Source: Parasitella parasitica NRRL 2501
Lineage: Eukaryota > Fungi > Mucoromycota
Direction: 5' to 3'
DNA: 64,000 bases
NCBI GenBank assembly: GCA_025201805.1
Contig: MU619259.1
Coordinates: 129,594-193,593, forward strand
This document shows, piece after piece, positions 38,439-50,063 of this stretch. The first letter of the stretch is position 1; each line of letters starts with the position of its first letter. The notes beneath the pieces are model-generated. The model was not told the origin of the DNA, ran no database searches, and was given only the letters and a program-made list of their open reading frames with translations. The translations under genes and the position numbers were made by a program.

Positions 38439-40134
38439 TCAACTGAGTATAGGCAAGAACTAACGAGGAATTTTAGTACTCCATATTGTACTAGTCCATA
38501 GTTTACTTACGTTGCCAATAATGACACTTGGTAAATCAAATATATCTCGTTTGATAGTAAAGCAAAATGTACAAGGCACCGGCTTTTGCAGAGGTGTCTT
38601 GATTATACATGAATTGATGCAAGATTTGTCAGTATTATCAAATGCATGCGTAGCAAACTTTTCCCAATATTCCACCGCTGATGGACTGTCCATGAGCTAA
38701 GAAAAATTGTCAGCGTGCACATCAGTCAACTGTACAACACCACCTACCTCGTATATATACATTTTCTTCCCTAAAAGCAAGTCTTTGGTCCATTGCGTCA
38801 ACAAGGAAAACTCTTTTCCAACAAGACAAATCTCTCCAGTTCTTCTCCACACAACAGTCGGTGTTCCTGAAAAACTAATCAATTTTTCGTATTCCAGCAA
38901 TGTGCGCTGAATACACTTTTCCATAAACACCAAGTCTTCTTCTGTCAAGTTCATAATGAGCGCCAAGAAAGAGGGCCTGAAAAGCGCCAGCGCTCTGCTA
39001 ATCCTCATTAAATCGTCCCTGCTCATTCTAGTTTGGACTATTAGCAGACAGCATCTCGTATATTTTAGCATGTAAATTGTTCCTCACTTGTCTCGGACAT
39101 GCTGAATAAGGTAATGGAATCCTTCTGCATAATTGAAAGGTCTCTTGACCCCTGTATACGTTTCTTCAGGTGTGTTTCCGTACCCTTTTCTCCTCCCGGA
39201 TGCCGATGAAAATGAAGAAGCATTATTTGGATGCTTCATTGTACCTGAAATGGGAGATGACCTATTGTTTGTCATGGACGTCATGTGTTGCTGGTGTTGG
39301 ATCTGTTGCTGTGGATTGAATGTCATGTTATAAAGAGGTACCGAGGCTGTTGTGCTCAAAGAAGGAGGAGATGAATATCCATTATTGACCATCATTTGCT
39401 GCATGCCTATAGTTGACAAATACATCGGGGCTGTTGTGGTGGTTGCTGTTGCGGTAGAAACTGTTGCGTTTATATCTGATAATGGATTTTGTAGCATGTT
39501 TCCTAGAAATCCGTATTCCAATCCAGTTGTTGCAGAGCCAAAATTGATATCAGAAAAAGAGAAATCAAATAACTCTGATGTATTGGGAGCGGCAGCTGAG
39601 ATCTTATGTTAGGTCACATTTTGGTCAGACTCTTTTGTCGTACCTGTGCTGTTCACAATTGAATTATCATCTAGGGTATTTGATGTGGTTGCTGTTGAAG
39701 TATTCGCATTAAACACTACAAGAGCATAGATTGTCAGTCACTTTTGATTACCAAAGGATATAGTACACATTACACTCACCAACTGGTATATCTTGCAGAT
39801 ATTTAGCTCGTTTTCTAGCTGCATCAGTGCAGGTTGTTGCTAGGTCTCTTTTTATACATCGCTGACAAGGTCTAGCTATAAGAAATATTAGCTTTAACAG
39901 GATGGCGACTTTAATTTGAATCTTTACAATCATCACAAGTCAAGTGTGCCTGTAGTTGCGAGTATAAACTGTGAGGAGGTATATTTATAAGTGATCTTCA
40001 ATTTGTACCTTTTGACAATGAAGACAAGCCCTGGAAGCTTTTTTCTTCCTATTTTCGAGCTCTGTTTTTCCTCCTCCATTTGCGTTTAAGAAATTTGTAA
40101 AGTTTATATCTTGATTTGTTGTGGTTGCAGTCAT
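38439..40134 (-). CDS. Zn2Cys6 transcription factor with C-terminal PAS fold, Ert1/Rds2 (AcuK/AcuM) family, multi-exon
   Basis: [14 protein letters not shown]|AHLTCDD|[10 protein letters not shown]...[74 protein letters not shown]|FLPILS*. A 22-nt microexon lies at 39928-39949. Confidence 0.92.
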
Positions 40135-41913
40135 TACTAGACAGCGTTTCTACCTTGCGAGGGAAAAGAAGATTAAGAAAAGATAAATGCTTATACAAAA
40201 TATTTATAAGGTATGTGTGTGTGTGTGAAATTTGATCGTCCTTTCATGGGCCTGGATGATGGAACAGCCATAGCTCGATGTGTCACAAGCTGATCAGAAA
40301 ATCATGGTCAAGAGGGCTATTCCGCATTGAGTATCCAGCAGACGCCTTAATTTCGTTTTTGGGGCTCTTTCATTATAAGTAAAACGCGAGTTGGCAGTAA
40401 TTTGATTTCAGCAAGCCATGGGGAATAATATTTGGTAATTATTACTTGATTTGTATTATAAATATTTCAATTCATAAAGATATGCAAAAGCATAAACCCG
40501 AAATTTTATGAAATGACAAATGAAATTTGTGAGAATAAGGTGGGCACTCACACAGAAGATTTGATTGCATTTAAAAAAAGAAAAAAGATTTAGTGAACTT
40601 TAATTGTGCCAGTGATAAACGTCCCCATAGCTGTTTGGCAAAGCCGGTATAGGTAATGTAGTAACAACCTTGAACGAGAGAAAATGAACTCTATCTGGGG
40701 CAACGCTTCATAGAAATTATTGGTTCAGAGCACCCTTGTAAAGCGCGATTGCATGAGACACATGCTTGGATTTTGTAGATGTTACCATGAAAAGGCACTT
40801 GAAGCATCATAGAGCAATTGACAAGCCACACAAAAGTCCATATGGATACTATAATAGAACATATGTTGTTTAACAAATCGTAGCAGAGCGTGCAAACGAC
40901 TATTTATATATTGTGGCTTTCAGAATTGAAAGATATTCACGCATTCTTAGAACCAAAGTAGAAATTTAGATAAACAACAGTGAGCACAAATCGTTGGACT
41001 TCTTGAGCGATACTAAATGAGAGTTGTCAAACCTATAAGTTAGCCAAAAAGCGTTTTGGAAAAAGCTTTAAGAAGCACGCAGCAGGCAACTTAAAAAAAG
41101 TAAGGCTTCTAGGAGTAAACAGCCAAACATAGTAAAGAGAAACATATTGAAAGTTTAAACGATCAGCACAAAAAGAATCATCTTGAGGACCTTGTACTTG
41201 ATAAATCCGACTTAAGGAGTATCTTGCTTGATGGATATCTGCTTCGTCAGAAAATTATCATCTCATCTACAGCAGAAAAAAGAAAAGACATAAACATACA
41301 TTCGATCTTGAACTTACAACTATCGCTCTTATCTTTGATGTTTATTAAATACGTAATTTGTGATTGAGACATTTAAAAGTGCAAAGTGTTTTCGAATTGA
41401 CACTTGAGGCACTGTACCGTATTCGGTAAGACAAGATTTTGTCGTAATAGCTAAATCGAAATAGCCGTTTCTCTGATGAATAAACTAACAAAATCCCGAA
41501 ATTGCCTCCAAAATACATTACTTATGGGAATCGGATAATATAAAAGATTTCATATTTGAATATACTACATGTGGTAGCCGAATATCTAGAAAATTTAGAA
41601 AAATAATTGATTTACGTAGAATGATGTGGTATGGACAATGTTTAGATTGTTTATACATTTCCGAATGCTTTCAACTCACAAAAGCATGACTAAATCATAA
41701 GCCAAAGCACTCTATCCGATTATTCAAGTATGCATTGTTAGTTGATTACATTCGGAAATGTCAAATCAAAGCAGTCTCGTGTGTTCTTATATCAACCATC
41801 TTTGCTTGATCCATTTTACGCGCTTTTTTCAACTTCTTATTTACTTTGCACCATAAAACTTCTTCTTACCGTATACATATATAACCGTTTTATTTACAAA
41901 GAATTATCTAAAA

Positions 41914-42895
41914 ATGCCTCGTGGTCGTCCCAAAAAAAATGTTAACCCCAAAGTTGAGGAACCAAATTCTGAATCAGCAGATGAAGAGTATGAAGTTGAA
42001 GCAGTTGAATCTCACCAAATCGTTGGTAAAGGCGTAGGTTTTTTTTTTGTAATGATTTCTCATTTTCATAAGCTTAAATGGGGAAACCTGTTTCTATATT
42101 GTATAGAAAAACACCACTTTGCAATACTTGGTCAAATGGAAAAATTATCCTGCAAGTGATAATACCTGGGAGCCTTCTTCTGCAGTGTAGGTCTATGATT
42201 AAAACTCCCGTTAATAATGCAGCTAAATGGAGGAATTTTTCTAGTGAAAATGCACACCAATTGGTTGATAAATATTGGGCTACTCATGGCGGTGAAGAAA
42301 AACGCGAAGAAGTTTTAAAGCAATTACAAGGAAGTAATAAAGCGCCTGCCAAAGAAAAGAAGTCTGCTACTGACGAAGATAAGCCTGAGCCAAAAAAGAA
42401 AAGGGCTAATTCCAGATCTGCCACTACTACAACATCTACTCACAAAAGAAAGAGAACCAGGCCATCCACCCCTGAAGGTAAGCAAAGGGAAAAGAGGTTT
42501 AACTTGTTTGGTTACTAGAGCTCTGATTTTTTCTATTTAATAGTAGCTAATGACGCCCAAGACGTAAAATTAAAGGAAACTGTTTACGAAAGTGAAGATG
42601 AGTTTGATGTTTCCGATAGCGAAATTAGAGACGAAAATTTTAGAATTAACAGATCTTGGGTCAATGTTTCAAAAGTTCAATGCGTCGTAAGTGATGAACA
42701 CAACAAGGAATTGTATGCTATTATTCGTTGGAAGGATGGTGAATTATCAAAGTGTAAGACTACTGTCCTCAGAAAAAAGGCCCCTTCGGTGGTAAGTTTT
42801 TATTTACATTACTCATTCTGTACACTAATTTGGCTATTTTTCAGTTGATTGAGTATTATGAGAGCAGATTAAGCTTCGAAAAGGATGAACTATGA
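41914..42895 (+). CDS. HP1/Swi6-like chromodomain + chromoshadow protein with N-terminal AT-hook, multi-exon
   Basis: MPRGRPKK, chromodomain EEYEVEAV...YLVKWKNYPASDNTWEP, basic hinge, and C-terminal ALIRWKDG...LRKKAPSV|LIEYYESRLSF (chromoshadow-like). Confidence 0.88.
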
Positions 42896-43009
42896 GAAAA
42901 TTCTTAGTCATTTGCTTTAATAAAATTAAAGTTCCTTTTTTCTATATAAAATCAAAACATGTCCTCTTGTTTCCTTCTTCTTTGAACATACAATTTTTTG
43001 AATAAAAAT

Positions 43010-44149
43010 ATGGATTATAAGAATTTGTTTGATGTCAAGGGCAAGGTAATTAACATGTTCAGCCTAGCTTCATGTTTGAGATGATAAACTCATCCATAAT
43101 AAAAGGTTGTTTTGGTCACTGGTGGTTCTAGAGGCATTGGCGAAATGATTGCAACTGTATGAATTTAGTTCAGATAGTGTGTGAATATTATTAATATCAA
43201 AAATCAGGGTTTCGTATCTGCTGGTTCAAAAGTGTACATTACAAGCCGTTCCGCTGATGTTTGTTACAAGGTAGGACAAAAAATTGGCCGTCCATGTATA
43301 TTATTGATATATATTCGAAAGGTTGCAAAAGAATTAACTGCTCAAGGTCCTGGTCAATGTATTGCTATTCCTGCAGATTTACAAAAGAGATCTGAAATTG
43401 TACGCCTAGTCGGTGAGCTCTCTAAGCAGGAAGATCGTAAGTTGCAAGCCCATTAACAAGTCATCTATATAAAAGCTAACCCAATTACAGATCTTGACGT
43501 TTTAATAAATAATGCTGGTGCTAATTGGAATGAATCTATCGAAACATACCCTGATGATGCCTTCGAAAAAGTGGTTAATTTGAATTTGAAGCGTATATTT
43601 ACATTAACTCAAGCGTAAGTGTTTTTTATAACATTGAGTGGTTATTGTTTATTGTGTTGTCTGATTATGCCCGTATATATACCAGTTGTCTCCCTCTTTT
43701 GACAGCTAAAGCTTCACGTGAAAACACATCTTCTGTCATTAATATTGGGTCCATTGATGGTATCAGAGTAAGATACTTAGATTCATTTGAATACTTCTCA
43801 AAGCATAACAAAAAACTGCGAAAACTAGGCTCCTCCTCAAGAAACTTACGCTTATTCTGCTTCAAAGGGTGGACTTCATCATATGTCTCGTCATATGGCT
43901 GGTAAGATTGGCTATAGGGGTGTTCGTGTTAATATTATTGCTCCTGGTGCTTTCCAATCCAAAATGATGAAGGCTACTTTGGATAAATACCACGATCAAA
44001 TTGTCTCCAAGTTGGCTGTCAAGCGTATTGGCAGTATGGAAGACATCGCAGGTACCTGTATCTATTTATCTTCGAGAGCGGGGCAATATACCAACGGTGC
44101 TACTGTCACCGTAGATGGTGGTGCTGTCGTTTCTACTGCTAATTTGTAG
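43010..44149 (+). CDS. Short-chain dehydrogenase/reductase (RhlG/FabG-like), multi-exon, possible PTS1 (-ANL)
   Basis: LVTGGSRGIG, LINNAGA, INIGSIDG, YSASKGG (YxxxK), VNIIAPG and VTVDGG. Ends STANL*. Confidence 0.92.
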
Positions 44150-44544
44150 ATAAATAAAATTGGAGGGGGGGGGGAGGGTTTTCGAACCTCTTATTAAGTA
44201 AAATCCTTGCTATTGATTCTTTAAGTAAGCTCCGTTTGGTCTTTTCAATGCGTCTTTATAAGTCCTTGTCATCAGTAACACATATATGTTATTAGCATTG
44301 CTCATTTTGAAGAATTTCAGATTCAATTTCATATCCAAACGAAAATGGGTTATAAATACGAAAAGAATTCAAGATCTAAAAGTTATTGGCTTCCTTTTAC
44401 TGCATAATAAAAACCACTGCGTTCTTCGTGATTCAATTAATCTTGGTTTATTTATTAATTGGTTAGGAAATAATAGTGATTTCACAAGTAACTCTCACAA
44501 CTATCAGAAATTGTGTGCAAAAACAGTTATTATTTTCTTGCTTA

Positions 44545-45790
44545 ATAGATGTTTTTTGGTCATAGCGTCTACTAACAAAACCTTTGAATCGTAATAAAAC
44601 CGGCAAATATAGAGACAAGCCAGGACTACCTAAGAAAAATTAAACTCTTCATAAAAGGTTATCAGCAAAAAACAGTAATTTTTCATATAAACTGTATTGT
44701 ATTAACGAGATACGAAAAATTGAGATTACTTCATTAAAGATTCAATTTTGCATCTACTGCTATTTATTATTTGAAAAACTAATCGAAAAGAGTAATTTGC
44801 AAGTAACATCATCCTTATTAACAGGGTACGATATATTCATTACACTACAATGTTATTCATCTTTGATCTGACAGTACCACCTTATTAATATGTTTGTCAA
44901 TCACACAGATCTGCGTTACAGATAACCTTCTTGATTTGCAACAGATGTTATGTCAAAATGAATCAGTAAAATGAATCTGCCAAAGAGTTACACTTTTATT
45001 AGAAATTCATCTTCTGGATGTATTTATATAAACTAACATTGTGTGTTAACATCATCATACACGACTGTAACCAAGATTTATATATAGAGCATGCGGTGTA
45101 AATCCCTGACTTACCACGCACATTAGCTTTAGCCCTTTGATCTTGCTACAAGCTCTACGGCTTGTTATTGATATAAAAACAGAGACTTTATTCTCCTGTT
45201 TCGACAAGTATGACAACACATCGTTGGACAATCTCCAACCTTCAATTGAAGTACATTGTCATGTCTCATATCTTAAATAATGGCAAATCAGGGATAAAGG
45301 CCAGCTATTCAAAAGCACCACTACTCATGTCTTTTTGCCATGTCTAAATAAAGTCATCCTCCCACTCTACTACGCATTTCTTTACTCATGCTCGCTTTAT
45401 GATGTATTTTGCCCAGTATAAAAATACATTGCTGCCGCTAAAATTTGATCACTGTATCCTAAACATTAACATATCTACTGCTAATATGGCCGTAGAACCG
45501 CGATCTAACTTAGAAAAAAAAAGTTGACTTGGCGCTATCATCTGATATCATTTGCAGCATCCATATTTTTATTAATATCTATAGAGGTATTCAATGATGA
45601 TAACATAAATTTGCATAATATCAAAATTGCATGTAATCGCTGATAGGCTGCGATGAAAACCAAGATGAAGCCTGTCTTTCGCGCCACGAAACCAGGCATG
45701 ATCATCGCTATCTGAGCACAACTTGCTTTCCACTGGGCGATGTGCCTATCAAAAGTTATCTAGAAAAAACACATCGCATTTTCGTGTTCG
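44545..45790 (-). pseudogene. Heavily decayed UvrD/Srs2-type helicase gene (copy 2)
   Basis: DNA matches to copy 1: 45490-45517 vs 9477-9504 (26/28) and 45697-45716 vs 9679-9698 (20/20). Remnant peptides ITFDRHIA, RLHLG-FH, VILVE, LMCVG followed by GTAAGT, and LLVDAMTKKHL. Confidence 0.65.
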
Positions 45791-47774
45791 GAGCTTTAAA
45801 TAGAACCTCACGTGCTCTGTGTGTCCTTAGGGTGAGTATTTTTTGGTTTGAAAATGGAATAGCTAAAAGCGCATAACTGAAAAATTAAGACTCGAATTGT
45901 TGTATTCATATAAAGGCTACATATGTTCTATCTAACATAGTTACGATCTACGGATCATGATATTAATTGTTGACAATCCTTTTAAAAATAAGGAATAAGC
46001 TACAAGGTGTGATTGAACCTCTTGCAAGGTTCAAGGCTTATTCAAAGATTTCATCAAAATCAGATCGCGGGCGGGATGATGTCGGGGAGACATCTTACTC
46101 AATCTTCTCTTTAATGTAAAATAGAAGAACAGGTCTGTCTTGAAACGGTGTGATTTAATAATATTGGGCATTTCTTGTCAAACGTCAGATGTTATGTGGA
46201 TAAACATTGATTATGATATATTTTAGTATAAATAAAGTAGATTATTATATCCTATGTCAACAAAAGTCATAGTTTGGTATCTGGTTTTGTTCAGAGAAAT
46301 TTTTGTTTACTTGTTTTGATATAACTTTTACACAAAATTTTGCTGTGCCCTTTACATTGGCCTAACATCATAAATAGCAGACGCAAATTCGAATCTTTAA
46401 TAAAGTAATTTCAATTTTTCGTATCTCTTTAACAAAGCGATTTATTTTATATTTTGTTATTCTCAATCTTGCAGATCACAGTAACTATGATACTACTAGA
46501 GCTGAAGTTATTTTTGAACCATCACTGTTAGTTTATATCATCAACCCCAAAAACCAGATATGAAAATAGTATAGTATAACCTTATCTGAGGAAGAATAAA
46601 ATATCAGATCATGTAAGATGTTTCAACACCAATAAATAATGACATATGACAATAAAAGAGATCATTTCATTACGAAAACAGTTTTGATTTTCATAATTTC
46701 GCGCATTAGCTCATAAATTCTGCTAAAAAACTATAGAATCGTGATTGAACCTGGAAAACTAGCGACAATAGCCACAAGAACTCAACAACGCTATGGAGTA
46801 AAAGCATTTCTATCCTTAAAAACATCAATATTGGTAAAGTTAATAACAGAAACGAGAAAGTAATAAAAGCTATAAATTTACCAGATATAGAACTATAAAT
46901 ACAATATGTTATTGTATGGGAAGGAATTGTCTTTTTATATAAAATAAATCTACAGCATATATCAATCTATTAATACAATAATTACTACTTAATATCAGTT
47001 AGCTGCTAAAAATTCTGCCACGTTGTTCCTCCTGAGCAGAATGCAAGATCATTAGAAAAGAACTTTTATTAAGGATTGCGATATTAATCCTTCGAAAGTT
47101 GCCAATCTAACCGAGCCATCCGATTCATATTAAATGAAATAAAAATGTCTTTCAAAAAAAAAATAGCTCTTTGGTTAGCTTGTATTTATAGCCCTATGCA
47201 GCCGCGAGTATAACATTTTCTTTTAGAGCGAAGGTTGACCTTTTTTAACCATATTTCATGGGGGGTGAGGTGGAGGCAGCTTGTCAAGTGCATGATAATA
47301 TATACTAAAACACGATGGTTGTATCAGATAAGAGCCAGTACAATATCTCATTACTATCAGTGAAGTACGTAACATTCGGCTGCCAAAATGGTAACACCAT
47401 CAACAAGATAACAAAATGATAACAACAAGATGAAAATCATCATCAATTGTCAAAGCTCACGCAGTAACAGCAACTATTTGGTATGTTATGTCTGCCCATG
47501 TTACTGGATCAGTACAAATAATGAAAGATATCAAAGTAAACAGTCGATTCTCATTTGTTCATATTCTATAGAAGCAGTGAAAATAAGACGCTCTATATCA
47601 TATAATTGATCTAATTATGCTAGTTACTTTAGTTACAACCTCAAAGTTGTGGTAAATGCTTGAAATATGATGTAGATACCTGCATTTATATCAATCAATT
47701 AATAACAACAAGAGGTCTCTTTTTTCATATTGCATTAAATTATTTGAAATATAAATCATCTTGATCTACAAAGT

Positions 47775-48070
47775 TAGAGTTCGCAATCGAGCATTTTGGG
47801 CGCAAGCAAGCCAAGCAAGCGCGTCGCTTGAACACGCTTAATACATCGTTTAATTTTTAGCTCGTTTGAATATGCTTGAAAATTAGCTCTGCTTACTTGC
47901 ATGTTTGAAGATGACTGTATTATCTGTTTCGAGCAATTTAGCTCTTCAAAAACGTGATTTTACTGTGTAGTATTCCAACATCATTGATATATTTAGTCGT
48001 TGCTAAAATTGCTCGCATTTGCTTGGTTCAGCTGAGGAATATTAAAGCTTGGGCATATGCTGCTCGCACT
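47775..48070. repeat. Cluster of GAGC/AAGC/GCTT motifs with an inverted repeat, possible DNA-transposon end remnant
   Basis: CGAGCAATTTAGC (47930-47942) is the reverse complement, with one indel, of GCTAAAATTGCTCG (48002-48015). Dense CAAGC/GCTTG repeats follow TAGAGTTCGCAA at 47775. Confidence 0.4.
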
Positions 48071-48475
48071 TGGACATTGGCTAATACATTTAAATATGAA
48101 CCCTTTTTTTAAAAAAAATTAAAAAAGCAATATGGATAGAAGTAATATCTGATTTCAATAATCGAAGTTGTATGAAAGATCAACTCTCAGCTCACGTATA
48201 TGTCTTAGTTGCTGATAACGGTTGCTGAGATCTTACATCTTCTTCATTGCTAAAGTTCTTTGCACAGATCTTTTTTGAAAAGGGATTATCCTTAATCTGG
48301 ATATTCTCTATTTATCGTCTCAAACATTATCTCCTCGCTATATCTCAGCCATGGTAACCGCACCGATAATATAAAGTACATCATTTTTATTAAGTATACT
48401 TGTAACTATAGGATATATTATTATATAAAAGAGTTCAGACAGACAGGGCATTTTTCTAGGACTTTGATGGAATTT

Positions 48476-49234
48476 CTATCTTTTCTCAATAATTTCAACA
48501 TGATTAGCAGGGAAATAGCCAACTTCGCCGTTTCTTAGCCTTCCTTGCCACCATTCGTTGTCTTCTCTAGAAAGAATAGCAATCAAGTCATTGGGGTGTA
48601 GAATCAATTCATCAGAGGATTTTGCATGGAAAGAGTATTTAGCTCTAGCAAACTCTATTTTCGCTGCATTTTTCATAATTTTTGGTGCCGTTTTTGACTC
48701 TGATGAAGCACAAGCTTTCTTTTCTTCTATTTTAGATTGTAGCTGCCTTTTTTTTTTATGTGAATACATCACCATAGATGCACTTATCGACAAAGCTAAG
48801 AAAATTGTCCAAGGTATTTTGCTATTGGTTTTGTTGTATGATTCAAATTCTTCAATTGAAAATTTGGTCAACAAGGTCGATTTTTGGCTACAAACAAGCT
48901 TATTTCTGAGCCAACTCAAGAATGATACAATGCTAGACATTTGGCTGACAAAATGTTTTATGGTACGGTATTGATGCGTAAGCTGTGAGAAGGCCTTAAA
49001 TCCAGAATGAGTTGCTACTAAGGTTGATTCAAGAGTACGAGAAAGACCATTGCACGTTAGGCTTAGTCTTTTCATTGCTTCAAACAATGGTTGGCATCTA
49101 TTTTCTATGCTTTGTGGCAGTTTTTGATGACGAGAATAACGTTGTGTGTAGCTAGGATTGTAGTAGTCTACTACTATTTAGTTGTTACATTTACTGCTAT
49201 AACGGTAGTGTACATTACCTCTCGAATAATTCAT
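48476..49234 (-). CDS. Divergent, N-terminally short Pex13-like peroxin (Peroxin-13_N remnant, TM, SH3)
   Basis: GLSRTLESTLVATHSGF resembles Pex13 GFAQMLESTYMATHSSF. Hydrophobic segment WTIFLALSISASMV. SH3 FARAKYSF...WWQGRLRNGEVGYFPANHVEII. Start inferred at ATG 49234 with one short intron. Confidence 0.75.
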
Positions 49235-50063
49235 CTGTTGAGATTCGAGATTTTAAAGATGAAAAGAAGAGAATTCAGCTAGACTTCCCCTTTTTATATT
49301 ATCAATACAATCAAAGACATTTTCGCTCGCTGTCATTCGTTTTTCTTTGGAGAATATCGGAAGAAACTTGGACATACTTTGTTAAAGAAAAATTGATTAA
49401 AGATTCTTTTAAATGTGTAGAAAAAAACAAAAAAAAACTTGAGCAAAAAATTATGTAGATTTGCTTTTAGAGGGTTCAAGAACTCAACTGTGCATTTAAA
49501 ACACTCTTTTCATTGTACTATTGTGTAAAGAGTGTCAAAATGCCGGGATCCAAATAATCAAAACATTTGATCCGTTAAAGATACAAGAATTTCCAATGTG
49601 CGTACTACGAAAAAGTTTCTCAACCTCCAATCAACGTTTTCAATGTTCAGAGTAATAAGATCAAGCCAAGGTATATAATATATATTTGTCTTGTATAAAG
49701 GCTTAGCAGGCAGCAAGATAATATACAATATATATATATTAGAGATAAGCAAAGATTTGATTATATCTTTACAGAAGACATAAAATCAACCAGTTGTTTG
49801 ACTTGAATACATCGAATCAAGCACGAGGTATTAGGCGAAACCATTTGTTATTGGCTGCGTATCAATGCACACATTTGCACATTTGCTAAATAGGCGCGCC
49901 TCCAATCGATAGACATATGCGTTTGACCGCACAGTGTCCGCAGCGACCAGCAGCCTCAAAATTTCGAATTACGCCGGAAGTGGTAGGGGGGCCAAAAAAA
50001 GGGATTGAAAGTGTTCAGCAGAAAAAGCATCATAGTTAATCCTTCTCTTTTCTTACTGACAAT

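Noticed and set aside
49974-49982. CCGGAAGTG (ETS/GABP-like site) in the RACK1 promoter
   Set aside because: ETS factors are not known in fungi, and a single 9-mer cannot be distinguished from chance without conservation data.
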